From NCBI GenBank assembly GCA_963818475.1, contig CAWFSF010000002.1, forward strand, positions 480,001 to 544,000: DNA of 64,000 nt, given 5' to 3'. Each line of letters starts with the position of its first letter. Within the stretch, counting starts at the first letter, position 1. The position numbers were made by a program, and so were the translations under genes. This document shows positions 41,213 to 54,050 of the stretch, piece after piece. The stretch comes from Nitrospirota bacterium. GTDB taxonomy: Bacteria; Nitrospirota; UBA9217. Below the pieces are notes generated by a model. It made no database searches. It was not told the DNA's origin and was given only the letters and a program-made list of their open reading frames with translations.

Positions 41213-42092
41213 ATGGCCACAATATCTGCAAGTGCAGTCAAGGATCTGAGAGAAAAGACCGGGGTCGGCATGATGGATGCCAAGAAGGCCCTTGAAGAGG
41301 CGGGCGGCGATTTTGAGAAGGCTGTCGACCTATTGAGAAAAAAAGGGCTTTCCGCAGCAGCGAAGAAGGCTGACCGCGTGGCTTCCGAAGGCATGATCGC
41401 GTTCTGCAGTTCCGGCAAGACCGGCGTGCTCGTTGAGGTCAACAGTGAAACGGATTTCGTGTCCAAGAACCCTGAGTTCGCAGCAGTTCGCCACGACGGT
41501 CGCTGAACTCGTGTCCGCGAAGAACCCGGCAGACGTTGCTGCCCTTTCGCAGCTGATGCTCGGCAGCGAGAGCGTCGAGGCCAGGCGGCAGACCCTGGTG
41601 CAGAAGATCGGCGAGAACATCGCGATCCGCCGGTTCGAGCGGTATGAGACGGACGGCTCGATCGCGCTCTATTTGCATGGCAACCGCATCGGCGTTATGG
41701 TGGATTACGCCGGTGGCGACGAGCAGCTGGGCAAGGATATCGCGATGCATATTGCCGCCGCGAACCCTCAGCACCTTTCACGCGAGACCGTTCCCGCCGA
41801 GATCATCGCCCGGGAGCGGGCAGTCTACGAAGGCCAGGCCAAGGAATCGGGAAAACCGGCAGCGGTCATCGGGAAGATCATCGACGGCAAAATGGAAAAA
41901 TTCTATACCGATTTCTGCCTTCTGGAACAGGTTTACATCAAAGACCCTGACGGCAAGCTCAAGGTCAAGGACCTCCTGAAGAAGGCCGGCGGGAACGCCG
42001 CGGTCCGCCGGTTCGTCCGGTACCAGCTCGGCGAAGGGATCGAAAAGAAAAAAGCGAGTTTCGCTGAAGAGGTTGCCGCACAGCTGAAGTAG
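41213..42092 (+). CDS. tsf: Elongation factor Ts (frameshift near 41480)
   Basis: [50 protein letters not shown]. Confidence 0.95.
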
Positions 42093-42185
42093 CCGTCGAA
42101 TTCCCTGACCGGCATTGCACTGAACGGGGCCGGCTTAAGCAGTATTGGTTGCCATTTTGACCTGGATCACCCGTGGAATTGACTA

Positions 42186-42907
42186 TGGCGCAATCTCCCT
42201 ATAAACGGATCATGCTCAAGCTCTCAGGCGAAGCCCTGATGGGCGACCAGCAGTACGGCATTGACCTTGCCGTCCTGGACAAGATCGCTTCCGAGATCAA
42301 GGACATCTACGGCCTCGGCATCGAGATCGCGGTCGTGATCGGCGGCGGCAATATCTTCAGGGGGCTGGCCGCTTCGGCAAAGGGCATGGAGCGGGCAAGT
42401 GCTGATTACATGGGCATGCTCGCCACGGTCCTGAACGCCCTGGCCCTCCAGAACGCGCTCGAGAACCGAGGGGTCGTCACCCGCGTGCAGTCCGCCATCG
42501 AGATGCGCGAACTGGCCGAGCCCTACATTCGCAGGAGGGCCGTGCGGCACCTCGAGAAAAAGCGGGTGGTCATCTTCGCGGCCGGCACGGGCAATCCCTA
42601 TTTTACGACGGACACCGCTGCCGCTCTCCGCGCCATGGAGATCGGCGCTGAAGTTATCATGAAGGCCACCAAGGTTGACGGGGTATACAGCGCTGACCCT
42701 GTTAAGGACCCCACGGCAACGAAGTACGACCGGCTCACCTATATCGAGGTGCTCCAGAAGGACCTTCGGGTCATGGATGCGACCGCCATATCCCTCTGTA
42801 TGGACAACAATCTGCCCATTATCGTGTTTGACCTGAACACCGCCGGAAATATCAACCGTATCGTCAGGGGTGAATCGGTGGGAACGCTGGTCGCAGGGAG
42901 GCAATAA
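42186..42907 (+). CDS. pyrH: UMP kinase
   Basis: [37 protein letters not shown]. Confidence 0.97.
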
Positions 42908-43470
42908 TGCTGAGCGAGCAGAAAAAAAAGGCCGAGGAGAAGATGGGCAAGGCCGTCGATACCCTCAGAAAAGAATTTGTATCTCTCCGCACCGGCAGGG
43001 CGTCGCTCGGCATGCTCGACGGCATCATGGTGGACTACTATGGCACACCGACGCCGCTCAGCCAGGTCGCCAACCTGGCGGTTCCCGATGCACGGCAGAT
43101 CACGATCATGCCATGGGAAGCAAAGATGCTCGGCGAGATCGAGAAGGCCATTCTCAAATCAGATGTGGGGCTTACACCGGGCAACGACGGCAAGACCATC
43201 CGCCTCAGCATTCCGCCGCTGACCGAGGAGCGAAGGCACCAGATCGTGAAGCATGCCAGGAAGCTCGCTGAGGACGCGCGCGTCGCCATCAGGAACATCC
43301 GCCGGGACGTCAACGACGATATCAAGAAAAAGAGCAAAGACAAGGACGTTCACGTATCCGAGGACGAGGTCAAGAAACTGCAGGATGAGATCCAGAAAAC
43401 GACCGACAACTATATCAAGAAGATCGATGATGTGCTGACGCAGAAAGAAAAAGAGATCATGACCGTGTAG
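42907..43470 (+). CDS. frr: Ribosome recycling factor
   Basis: LRTGRA, YYGTPTPL, PPLTEERR, VAIRNIRRD. Confidence 0.97.
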   Translation: MLSEQKKKAEEKMGKAVDTLRKEFVSLRTGRASLGMLDGIMVDYYGTPTPLSQVANLAVPDARQITIMPWEAKMLGEIEKAILKSDVGLTPGNDGKTIRLSIPPLTEERRHQIVKHARKLAEDARVAIRNIRRDVNDDIKKKSKDKDVHVSEDEVKKLQDEIQKTTDNYIKKIDDVLTQKEKEIMTV

Positions 43471-43501
43471 TGACGGCATTCAATAACATTTTGGATTACC
43501 G

Positions 43502-43540
43502 GCGCCTGCCTCGTTTTACTACGAAGCGGGCGCTTTTTTT
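43502..43540 (+). terminator. Rho-independent terminator after frr
   Basis: GCGCCTGC...GCGGGCGC followed by T8. Confidence 0.75.
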
Positions 43541-43791
43541 GGAGCATTTTAAGCCCTGACGGCCCCGATCATGGTTCATGGCAGAGACCTTCTTCTGCAG
43601 ATCTCTCTGCAGAAATAACTTCGTCAGGCGTCGATCGGTCACGCGCGCTTTTGGACTTGCATGCTTTCATTAGCAAACAGGTATATGATTATTAGGAAAT
43701 TTTATGAACTGTTTCCGGGTTTTTTCTTGACAATAAACAGTGGTTCCTGTAAATTTTTGCGAGCATAAGACTCGTATCGAAGGAGTGTGTC

Positions 43792-44923
<1,132 letters not shown>

Positions 44924-44951
44924 TTTTTCATCTTGAATGCATTAACGAACA

Positions 44952-44983
44952 CAAAAAGGGGCGGCTTATGCCGCCCCTTTTTT
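44952..44983. terminator. Bidirectional terminator
   Basis: AAAAAGGGGCGGC-TTAT-GCCGCCCCTTTTTT. Confidence 0.85.
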
Positions 44984-45016
44984 ATCAGTGAATCACCTGC
45001 TTCATTCTTCCAAACA

Positions 45017-45463
45017 CTAGGCCGCTTTTTTCTCCTTGCCCGCGTCGCCGAGCAGCCGGGTCTCGCCGCCTACCCGTGCATTGCCGAGCAACCTGGCGGT
45101 CCCGCCGACCTCTGCCCGATCGAACACTTCCGCCATGCCGCTCACGACCGCATCTCCATATACGCTGGCAAAACCGTAGACCTTCGAATCACCCTGTACT
45201 CTGGCATTCCCGAACACCTTGGCATTCCCGAAGATCTCAGCCCGCCCGGACACCTCAGCCCGGTCAAAGATCCAGGCATTCCCAAAAACAAAAGCCTCGC
45301 CACTGATCTTGCAGTGCCCGCAGATCTTGGCAAAGGGCCCGATGTAGGCAGTATCCGCTACCTGCGCGTGTTCGGCCACCATACCACCTCCGTTGGGGTG
45401 ATGATGGTATTTCACGCCATCGATCTCTACTACCGGTTCTGTTGACAGCACCTTGATCTCCAT
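45017..45463 (-). CDS. Hexapeptide-repeat (left-handed beta-helix) protein
   Basis: HPNGGG followed by A-x-V-x-G-x repeats (AEVSGR AEIFGN AKVFGN ARVQGD). Confidence 0.85.
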   Translation of the reverse strand: MEIKVLSTEPVVEIDGVKYHHHPNGGGMVAEHAQVADTAYIGPFAKICGHCKISGEAFVFGNAWIFDRAEVSGRAEIFGNAKVFGNARVQGDSKVYGFASVYGDAVVSGMAEVFDRAEVGGTARLLGNARVGGETRLLGDAGKEKKAA

Positions 45464-45839
45464 GTGAACACCTCCATAAAAATTTTATAAAGAATCCCTT
45501 TACTCTATCGTGCAGGCATCTTCGCAGCCGCGATCTCGCTGGAACTTCGAAACCGAGGATATCAATTGATCATCTCTATTTAAAACATAGCTAAGCGATA
45601 AAGTTTTGTCAAATGAGCTATCAGGAGGAGACGAAATAGATCACGTGGGCATCTCTATAGGCACCAGACTTGGTGACGGTCGAAACCAATCTACTAACAA
45701 CAGCTTAGCAGATCCATGATCAGCCTGTTCCGGACCTGAGCAGGCTGAAGGAATTTGCTTTTGCATCCATCGGGAATTTGCTATAATGCACAACGGTTAC
45801 TCATACGTTATCTGTCATGCATAAGGAGCCTGAATAATC

Positions 45840-47252
45840 ATGAGCACAACGAGCAATGTCCGTGTCAGATTCGCCCCCAGCCCGACCGGGGCCCTGCATA
45901 TCGGCGGCGTACGGACCGCCCTGTTCAACTGGTTGTTCGCCCGCCATCATGGAGGGACCTTCATCCTCCGCATCGAGGACACGGACCAGACCCGCTCCAC
46001 CGACGAGTCCATCAAGATCATCCTCGACGGCATGAAATGGATCGGCCTTGACTGGGACGAGGGCCCCTTTCGCCAGACCGAACGGATGCAGATCTACCAG
46101 GAGCATGTCGACCAGCTGCTCAAGGCCGGCAAGGCCTATCGCTGCTACTGCACGCCCGAAGAGCTTGAGGCAAGAAGAAAAGAAGCAATGGCGGCGGGCA
46201 AGCCGCCGAAGTACGACCGGAAGTGCCGCTCGCTCACCGCTCCCGTACCGGGAAGGACCGCGGCAGTGCGCTTTCTGTCTTCCGATGAAGGTCAGACGAT
46301 CGTGCGGGACATGATCCGCGGCGCCGTGACCTTCGAGAACCAGCAGCTCGACGATCTGATCATCCAGCGCTCAGACGGTCTGCCGACCTACAACTTCGCG
46401 GTCGTGGTCGATGATGTCACCATGCAGATCAGCCACGTCATCCGCGGCGACGACCATTTGAACAATACGCCGCGCCAGATCCAGCTCTACCAGGCCTTCG
46501 GGTACGAGCCTCCGCAGTTCGCCCATCTGCCCATGATACTCGGTTCCGACAAGACCAAGCTTTCGAAGCGGCACGGCGCCACCGCGGTGACCGAATATAT
46601 CGACCTGGGCTATCTGCCCGAGGCGCTCGTCAACTATCTGTCGCGCCTCGGCTGGTCATCAGGCGACCAGGAGATCTTCACGCAGCAGGAGCTGATCGAG
46701 AAGTTCTCCCTCGACAGCGTGGGCAAGGCGCCTTCGGTCTTCAACCCGGAAAAGCTGCTCTGGCTGAACCACCACTATATCCAGCAGGCAGATACGGGAC
46801 GGCTGGCTACGCTCGTCCTGGACCTTCTGAAGAAGGACGGCGTATTGAAGGCGGAACCGGACACGGAGTGGTTCAACAAGCTCGTGAAGATACTGACGGA
46901 GCGGAGCCATACGCTCGTGGAAATGAAGACCGGCGCCGTTCCTTTTCTCGTCGACGAGATCACGATGGACGAGAAAGCAAAAACCAAACACCTGACGCCG
47001 GACGTGGCCCCGCTCCTCTCCGAGCTTGCAGGCCGTCTCAAGGCTGCAGATCCCTTTACGCACGATGAGATCGAGAAGGTCTTTACTGCCCTCGTCACCG
47101 AGAAAGCCATAAAGCTCGGAAAACTCGCCCAGCCGGTGCGCGTGGCGCTGACCGGCGGCACGGTCAGCCCCGGTATCTACGAGGTGATCGAGGTCATGGG
47201 GAAGGACAAGACCATCAAGCGGATCGAAGCCGCTCTCGGCATGGCAAAATAG
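45840..47252 (+). CDS. gltX: Glutamate--tRNA ligase
   Basis: RFAPSPTG..HIGG, LRIEDTD, KLSKRHG, QPVRVALTG. Confidence 0.97.
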   Translation: MSTTSNVRVRFAPSPTGALHIGGVRTALFNWLFARHHGGTFILRIEDTDQTRSTDESIKIILDGMKWIGLDWDEGPFRQTERMQIYQEHVDQLLKAGKAYRCYCTPEELEARRKEAMAAGKPPKYDRKCRSLTAPVPGRTAAVRFLSSDEGQTIVRDMIRGAVTFENQQLDDLIIQRSDGLPTYNFAVVVDDVTMQISHVIRGDDHLNNTPRQIQLYQAFGYEPPQFAHLPMILGSDKTKLSKRHGATAVTEYIDLGYLPEALVNYLSRLGWSSGDQEIFTQQELIEKFSLDSVGKAPSVFNPEKLLWLNHHYIQQADTGRLATLVLDLLKKDGVLKAEPDTEWFNKLVKILTERSHTLVEMKTGAVPFLVDEITMDEKAKTKHLTPDVAPLLSELAGRLKAADPFTHDEIEKVFTALVTEKAIKLGKLAQPVRVALTGGTVSPGIYEVIEVMGKDKTIKRIEAALGMAK

Positions 47253-47402
47253 CCGGCTTGGCCCAAACGTCAGTAATCGCGTTTTGACCACTTATTACTG
47301 TAGAAAACTCCGGCGATATCCGCCATTCTCCTCCCGGAAAACATCCTCGGAAGGGCTCTACCGGATCATCGCTGACAAGCCTCAGCCACAGCAAAGGGAC
47401 CG

Positions 47403-48423
47403 ATGGAACGAAAACCTCTCATAGCCATTACCATGGGCGATCCTGCTGGTGTCGGTCCTGAGATCATCGCCAAAGTGATAGACAGCGGTGAGCTGCTGCC
47501 GCTCTGCAGGCCCATCGTGATCGGTGATGCCGGGGTGATGAGAAAACTCATCGAAGAGCAGCGGCTTTCGATCGCGGTCCGCAGCGTATCCGCCCATCAC
47601 GGAGGCCGACCCTGCTCCGGGCAGGCTCGATGTGCTGGACCTGCAGAACGTGAACCTTGCGACCCATGCCTGGGGGAGGCCGGACGCGTCATCAGGCACA
47701 GCGGTGGTCGAGTATATCAAAAGGGCTGTCGACCTGGCCCTGAAGGACGACGTTGATGCCATCGTGACCGCGCCGATCAGCAAGGAAATGATGAATGCGG
47801 CCGGGCATCATTACGCAGGACATACCGAACTGCTGGCCGAGCTCACGAACACCAGGGACTACGGAATGTTTTTCGTGGGCGGCGGGCTGCGGGTGATCCT
47901 GACGACGATCCACGTGGCGCTCAAGGACGTTCCCCGCCACATCACGCAAGCCACGGTTCTGAAAACCCTGCGGCTGGCGCACCAGGCCATGCGGTCCTTC
48001 GGCATGGACAACCCCCGCATCGGGGTGGCAGCGCTGAACCCGCACGCGGGCGAGGGGCGGCTTTTCGGCTCCGAGGAATGGGACGAGATCCTGCCCGCGG
48101 TGCTCAAGGCGCGGGGAGAGGGCATCGACGCAAGCGACCCCTTGCCCGCCGACACCTTGTTCTACAAAGCGCGCAACAATTACTACGACATCGTTGTCGC
48201 CATGTACCATGACCAGGGGCTTGCCCCGCTCAAGATGCTCGCCTTCGGAAATGCCGTCAATGTCACCGTGGGGCTCCCGATCATCCGCACCTCCGTGGAC
48301 CACGGGACCGCCTACGATATCGCCGGCAAGGGCTGCGCCGATCCGACAAGCCTGCTCGAGGCCGTCAAGCTCGCGGTCATCATGTGCGCTCACCGGAAGC
48401 GCGTTCAAAAGGAGGCACCATGA
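47403..48423 (+). CDS. pdxA: 4-hydroxythreonine-4-phosphate dehydrogenase (frameshift near 47595)
   Basis: TMGDPAGVGPE, TAPISK, GHTE, LNPHAGE, MYHDQGL, RTSVDHGTA. Confidence 0.95.
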
Positions 48424-49499
48424 GCCCTCATTCCCGTCCGCTCCTGACACGATCTGCCCTGTTCGCCGTGGTGTTCTTCGGACTCCTTCTTTTTTTCTTA
48501 TACCAGATGGGCCGCATTCTCATGGTGTTCATTTCACCGCTGCTCTGGGCTGTCATCCTGACCCTGACGCTCTATCCGCTGCAGAAAAGGATCCTTGCCC
48601 GGCTCAAGCACCGGCGGGGGCTGGCGGCCGGAATTATGACACTGATAACGCTGCTGCTGGTCATTGGGCCTGCCGTTTCCTTGCTGTGCGTCCTTGCTAC
48701 CCAGGCAGGCGACCTGTACAACGTCATGTCAGCCTTTATTCAGTCGGGCAAACTCACCGAGGCCTGGGAGAAGATAAACAGTTCGTTCCTTGACACGGTC
48801 CTGCGGTCGCCGGTCCTGTCCGAGGTCGACGTAAAAGGCATGGTGGCAAAGGGGATCAGCGATTTTTCTTCAGACCTGGCCGCACAGCTCGGCGGCGTGC
48901 TCAAAAATTCCGTGATCTTCACCATCGACATCGTCATCATGCTGATCGCGCTCTTCTTTTTCTTTCGGGACGGAAGGGGCTATTTTCAGGCCTTCATCGA
49001 CCTGCTCCCTTTCACGATAGAACAGAAGGAAGAGATCACCAAAAAATTCATCGACACCTTCGGCGCCGTGATCAATGGTGTTTTTCTCGTCGCCCTGCTC
49101 CAGGGAGCCATGACCGGCATCGGCTTTGCGGTGTTCGGCCTCCCCCTTGCTGTCTTCTGGGGGTTCCTGGCAGCGCTCCTGTCACTGCTCCCCGTCGGCG
49201 GCGCAGCGCTCATCTGGCTTCCCGGCGCTGCTTACCTGTACCTGACCGGATCGGTGCTTTCAGGCATCCTGCTGGGCGCGTGGGGTTTGCTGCTGGTCAG
49301 TTTGCTGGATAATTTTCTGAGACCGCTCTTGATCGGCAGAAAAGCCGATATCCCGACCTTTATCCTGTTCATCGCCCTGCTGGGCGGTCTGCAGGTCTAT
49401 GGGTTCCTGGGACTGCTTTTTGGTCCGCTGGTGGTCACCCTGCTGACCGCCTTGGTGCAGATCTACCGTGAGGAATATGCAGGCAAACCGGCAGAGTAA
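48420..49499 (+). CDS. AI-2E family transporter
   Basis: Multi-TM; FFFFRDG, LLPVGG, DNFLRPLL, GFLGLLFGP. Confidence 0.92.
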   Translation: MSPHSRPLLTRSALFAVVFFGLLLFFLYQMGRILMVFISPLLWAVILTLTLYPLQKRILARLKHRRGLAAGIMTLITLLLVIGPAVSLLCVLATQAGDLYNVMSAFIQSGKLTEAWEKINSSFLDTVLRSPVLSEVDVKGMVAKGISDFSSDLAAQLGGVLKNSVIFTIDIVIMLIALFFFFRDGRGYFQAFIDLLPFTIEQKEEITKKFIDTFGAVINGVFLVALLQGAMTGIGFAVFGLPLAVFWGFLAALLSLLPVGGAALIWLPGAAYLYLTGSVLSGILLGAWGLLLVSLLDNFLRPLLIGRKADIPTFILFIALLGGLQVYGFLGLLFGPLVVTLLTALVQIYREEYAGKPAE

Positions 49500-49628
49500 T
49501 CCTGCCGCTGCTTTTTCACAGATGTCCATCTCAAGCCGTGTCTGCACAACAATGGATCATGCGGCGCCATCAGCGCATGACCGTGATTTTCAATACTGAA
49601 CGTGCGTTAACAGGAGAGAGAATATTTT

Positions 49629-50312
49629 ATGGAAGATCTGGCAAAATCTGATACCTGGCGTGTATTCCGCATCATGGCAGAGCTCGTGGAAGGGTTTGAA
49701 GCACTGAACAATATCGGCCCTGCCGTGACCATCTTCGGAAGCGCCCGCCTCCAGCCGGGTTCGCCCTACTATAACAAGTGCCTGAAGGTGTCCGAGAACC
49801 TGGCAAAGGAAGGGTTTGCCGTGATCTCGGGCGGCGGGCCGGGCATCATGGAAGCTGCGAACAAGGGGGCCCAGAACGCGAACGGAACTTCGGTGGGGCT
49901 GAACATCGAACTTCCCATGGAACAGTCGCCTAATAGTTTTCAGGACATCAAGGTCGAGTTCCGCTACTTCTTCGTGCGCAAGCTCATGTTCGTGAAGTAT
50001 GCCGTCGGTTATGTCATTTTCCCGGGCGGCTTCGGCACCATGGACGAGCTTTTCGAAGCGCTTACGCTGATCCAGACGAAAAAGATACGGGGATTCCCGG
50101 TGGTGCTCGTGGGCAAGGAATACTGGCAGGGCATGGTCGACTGGCTCAGGACCTCCGTGCTCGATGCGGGTGCCATCAGCCCCGAGGACATCGATCTCCT
50201 GCATATTGTGGACGAACCCGAAGAAGTGTGCGCTATCATCAGCAAGCGGTACAAGGACCGCATCTCCGGCGGCCACCTGGACCGCAGGAACAAGGGGAAG
50301 CGCGGCGTCTAG
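49629..50312 (+). CDS. LOG family (TIGR00730) protein
   Basis: VTIFGSAR, GGGPGIMEAANKGA, YFFVRK, PGGFGTMDELFE. Confidence 0.95.
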   Translation: MEDLAKSDTWRVFRIMAELVEGFEALNNIGPAVTIFGSARLQPGSPYYNKCLKVSENLAKEGFAVISGGGPGIMEAANKGAQNANGTSVGLNIELPMEQSPNSFQDIKVEFRYFFVRKLMFVKYAVGYVIFPGGFGTMDELFEALTLIQTKKIRGFPVVLVGKEYWQGMVDWLRTSVLDAGAISPEDIDLLHIVDEPEEVCAIISKRYKDRISGGHLDRRNKGKRGV

Positions 50313-51046
50313 CGGAGCGGGCTTTTTTTCCGTCTTGCCCGTTCCGACCGGGCTTTCAGATGCTGGGTCAGGCGCATGCTCCGGAACCAGCGTTCAATGT
50401 TCTCCCGGTAGATCATCGTGAACAGGATCAGCGCGATGCTGATGCCGACCAGGGAAAAGAACGCTGCATAGCGCTGGTCCCGGAATAAGGTGCCGCCCAT
50501 GGTAAGAAGCAGGGTGCCGAGCAGACGGCCGGTGGTCGAGACGAGCAGAAAATCCCGCTGCCGCATATGCCCGAGACCGAGGAGATAGCAGAGCAGGTCC
50601 TTGGGGAACCCGGGGATCAGGAACATCAGGAAGGCCAGGAACATGCCTTTGTGCTTCATGACGTAGTCGTAGCGCTTGATCGTTTCCGGGTTCACGAATG
50701 TCTCGACCAGGGGGCGTCCGGCGAACCGCGCAAGAACGAAGGCAAGCCACGACCCGAGCGTAAGGCCGATGGTGGAGTACAGCACGCCCAAAAAGGGCCC
50801 GAAGAACAGGCCGCCCACGAATCCCGTCACCTCGCCGGGCACCGGCGCCGCAACCACCTGCAGCACCTGAAGCCCGATAAAGATGAAAGCCGCATTGGCC
50901 GGGTGCTCTTTGATCACCGCCAGCAGACGCTGTTTGTCCGTAAGATACTGCACCATCCCGAGCGGGAACAACAGGTACAGCACGACGGCGATGACCACAC
51001 CAAAGACCACAAGCCCGGCGATCGTTCTTTTTTTGAGGTTCATCAT
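50309..51046 (-). CDS. TVP38/TMEM64 (DedA/VTT) family membrane protein
   Basis: QVVAAPVPGE, FLIPGFPKDLLCY. Confidence 0.92.
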   Translation of the reverse strand: MMNLKKRTIAGLVVFGVVIAVVLYLLFPLGMVQYLTDKQRLLAVIKEHPANAAFIFIGLQVLQVVAAPVPGEVTGFVGGLFFGPFLGVLYSTIGLTLGSWLAFVLARFAGRPLVETFVNPETIKRYDYVMKHKGMFLAFLMFLIPGFPKDLLCYLLGLGHMRQRDFLLVSTTGRLLGTLLLTMGGTLFRDQRYAAFFSLVGISIALILFTMIYRENIERWFRSMRLTQHLKARSERARRKKSPLR

Positions 51047-51066
51047 GCAGGAAAGACCCCTCCGGT

Positions 51067-51355
51067 CTATTTTTTAAAAAGCTCGTCCAGCGCCTGTTCG
51101 CGCCCGGTCCGCATCAACCGCCGCCCCTGCTGTTCCGCTCGTTTCAGCGAACACGAAATAGTCGCAGAAGTTGGCCCGCGCCTTGTCCTTCACCAGCTCG
51201 GCCATGGGTTCACGGCACTGTTTTGACGCTGCCCGGTCATGGAACGAGCAGTTCAAACAGCAGGTGAGGTCCGCGCGGCAATGCGGGCAGACGTCGCGCC
51301 GGCCTATGGTCCGGCCTTGCACCAGTTCTTTTTTGCATGCATGACAGATCTTCAT
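51067..51355 (-). CDS. Small Cys-rich (zinc-binding) hypothetical protein
   Basis: CHAC..CPHC..CLNC..C..ANFCDYF; the C-terminus (..ALDELFKK) needs a frameshift correction. Confidence 0.8.
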
Positions 51356-51481
51356 GGCCCCACACTATAGCGCATCAGCATTCGTTAGACAAGATGAAAC
51401 GGCAACGCCCGTGGTTATGACCGGAGCGAAATCAGGAACGCGCCGGCACGTGCCGCCGCCTTACGCTAACGCGGACCGGCC

Positions 51482-52417
51482 TCACGGCCACCAGATATAC
51501 ATGAACTGCACTCCCGGGTCCAGCATCCTTCCCAGGTCGAGCGAGAACCGTGAATAGATATTGTCCTTGTATTCGCCGGGCCGGGAATAGGTGACCACGC
51601 GGGCCTTCGTGAGATTCGCCTGCTTCTTTGCCGCCTCGATCGCATCTTCAAGATACCCTACCTCATCGATGAGTCCTTCTTTTTTCGCTTCAGCGCTCGT
51701 GAAGATCCTGCCGTCGGCAAGCTGCAGCACCCGTTCGCGCGGCAGCTTCCGCTCCTCGACGATCAAACCGACGAAGCGTTCATAGATGGAGTCCACGACA
51801 TTTTTAAAGATCTTCATCTCCTCGGCCGTTACCTGACGGAACGGCGAACCCATGCCCTTGCGCTCCCCTGATGCGATCTCCACAGCCTGGATGCCGACCT
51901 TCTGCATGAGTCCTGTTGCATCGATGCGCCACATGACGACCCCGATGCTGCCGGTCACACTGGTGGGCTGGGCCGTTATCCGGTCCGCTGCCAGCGCCGC
52001 ATAATAAGCTCCTGATGCGCCGGCATCCATGAAGTGGGCTACTACGGCGATGCCCGTTTCCTGCCTGAACTTCCTGATCTCGTGGTAAAGCACGTCAGAG
52101 GCGGTAACTCCGCCGCCGGGGCTGTTGATCCTGAGCACCACCGCCTTGATCAGCTTGTCGCGCCGCGCCCTGTCCAGCTCCTCCCGAAGAAGCGGCACCA
52201 TGCCGATCTCCGAAGTTCCTGTAAGACTTGACGAGCTCCGTTCGCTCGTGATCATGCCTGACAGATCGAGCACCAGCACCTTGTCCCTGCCTTCGCCTGC
52301 CAGAACCTGCTCCTCAAGCGGCTGGATCTCCGGCGTAAGGCTCACCTTAAGAAACGTACATCCTGACAGCGCACCGGCAACTCCCAGTGCTGCCAGCAGC
52401 ATCAGTGCCCTTTTCAT
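51482..52417 (-). CDS. sppA: Signal peptide peptidase SppA (S49), lipoprotein
   Basis: LSGC lipobox, LRINSPGG, ASGAYY, TGSIGV, DGRIFT. Confidence 0.93.
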   Translation of the reverse strand: MKRALMLLAALGVAGALSGCTFLKVSLTPEIQPLEEQVLAGEGRDKVLVLDLSGMITSERSSSSLTGTSEIGMVPLLREELDRARRDKLIKAVVLRINSPGGGVTASDVLYHEIRKFRQETGIAVVAHFMDAGASGAYYAALAADRITAQPTSVTGSIGVVMWRIDATGLMQKVGIQAVEIASGERKGMGSPFRQVTAEEMKIFKNVVDSIYERFVGLIVEERKLPRERVLQLADGRIFTSAEAKKEGLIDEVGYLEDAIEAAKKQANLTKARVVTYSRPGEYKDNIYSRFSLDLGRMLDPGVQFMYIWWP

Positions 52418-52832
52418 CGCTTTCTCCCTTGTTGTGCGTTCGGAGGGCGGGTTCAAACCCGCCCCTGCACCGCGTTACTACTCCTACTGGATTATTACCG
52501 AATAACCAAACGCTGTCAATCAAAGGCGGGCTTGGTCATTTTTTCTACAGCCCATCGGGTTCCTCTCCTCATGCCTCCCAGTGTGGAAAACTGCAATTTA
52601 CCGATTGATTTTGCCCTTCCAAGCACTCCCGATTCCTTGAAAACACTTCTTGACTCTCCCGTGCCTTTCAGATAAAATTCAGCATACATAATTAAAATTT
52701 GACGCGTAATATCAGCGGGTTACGAAATTCGCACCACTAGAGAAACCGCCTTGGCCTGTTTTGTTGCACAGGTTCATTCTTTAGTAATAGACGCCTACGC
52801 AGATGTACGGTTTACGGATCAAGGAGAAAAAT

Positions 52833-53848
52833 ATGTCAGCTGTTACTCAAACCAGGGTATTTGTCGCGATTCTGATCCTCGCGTGCATTCTCCCGGGTGT
52901 TGCTTCGGCGGCACCCAAGAAGTCATCCGGCGCTTCTGCAGAAATGCTCGAGCAGTATGTGGCAGACCTTCAGAAAAATCCTGGCGACAAGGCCCTGCGC
53001 GAAAAGATCATTAGGCTTGCACTGAGCATGAAACCGGCGCCTGCGGTTCCTGAAGACGCTGAGCGCAATATGGCACGCGGAGTCGTTTTCTTTACCAAGG
53101 CAACGGACAGCACAGGTTATCGTAAAGCCATCGCCGAATTCGAGGCTGCAACCAATGCCGCGCCCTGGCTCGACAAAGCATATTATAATCTCGGCGTGGC
53201 ACAGGAAAAAGAAGGGATGTACAAAGAGGCGATCAAGAACCTCAAGCTTTATCTGCTGGCAGATCCCAACGCCAGGAACGCCCGTGAAGTAAGAAACCAG
53301 ATCTATATGCTTGAGGCGAATGTTGAGGAAGCGCAGGCTGCGCCAGGCACTACGGCAGTTCCAGGAGCAGCAGCCGCTCCCCCGGCAGCTGCTCCTGGTG
53401 TAGCGGTTGCCAAACCGACGCCGCTGCTGGGCACCAAGTCGGAGCTTGACATCGAGAAGGATCTCCCGCTGAAGGTGGTCAAGCTGCCCCCCCGGACAAG
53501 AAGTCCAGGATACCGAGCTTTGTCGGCAGCTGGTCCTTTAAGGAGCTCCGAGGCACTGAAGAAACGGTCGTTCAGGGTTTCGAGATCGTGAACAACAACG
53601 GGGAGCTGAGCGTCCTTCCGCCGAACCGGGGCGAGAACAACGTCGGTACGGTGCGGGAATTTGAGATCACGGAAAAGACCCTCAAAGTGCAGATCAAATG
53701 GAAGATGAAGAACGTGCCGGCCTACTGGAAGATCGAGACCTACGATCTGACCATGTCAGAGAACGGAAAAACGCTGAGCGGCTCCTATAACCAGCAGAGC
53801 GTCGGCGGCAGGAACAAGTACCTGGACAAGGAGCTTTTCCGCCAGTAA
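52833..53848 (+). CDS. Exported TPR-containing protein (frameshift near 53495)
   Basis: Signal peptide, APWLDKAYYNLGVAQE..EAIKNLKLYL TPR, Ala/Pro linker, beta-rich C-terminal domain in the next frame. Confidence 0.75.
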
Positions 53849-54050
53849 GATGAGGTAATAATAGTCCTGTCTTGCAAGAGGGATGTACGCTATAAGCGTG
53901 CGTCCCTTTTTTCATGCCCTTGAACCATCCTTTCAGTCCCCGGAAAAGCCATACCCGGTCCATATGATGCACATCATAGCCCTGACCGCGGGTTTCACTT
54001 ATAGTACCCCTGCTTTGTCGATCACCTTATTTTAAGAGGAGGAGTGGAAC

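Noticed and set aside
45618-45710. Hammerhead-like ribozyme (GACGAAA present)
   Set aside because: The CUGANGA core is not present in the required position on either strand.
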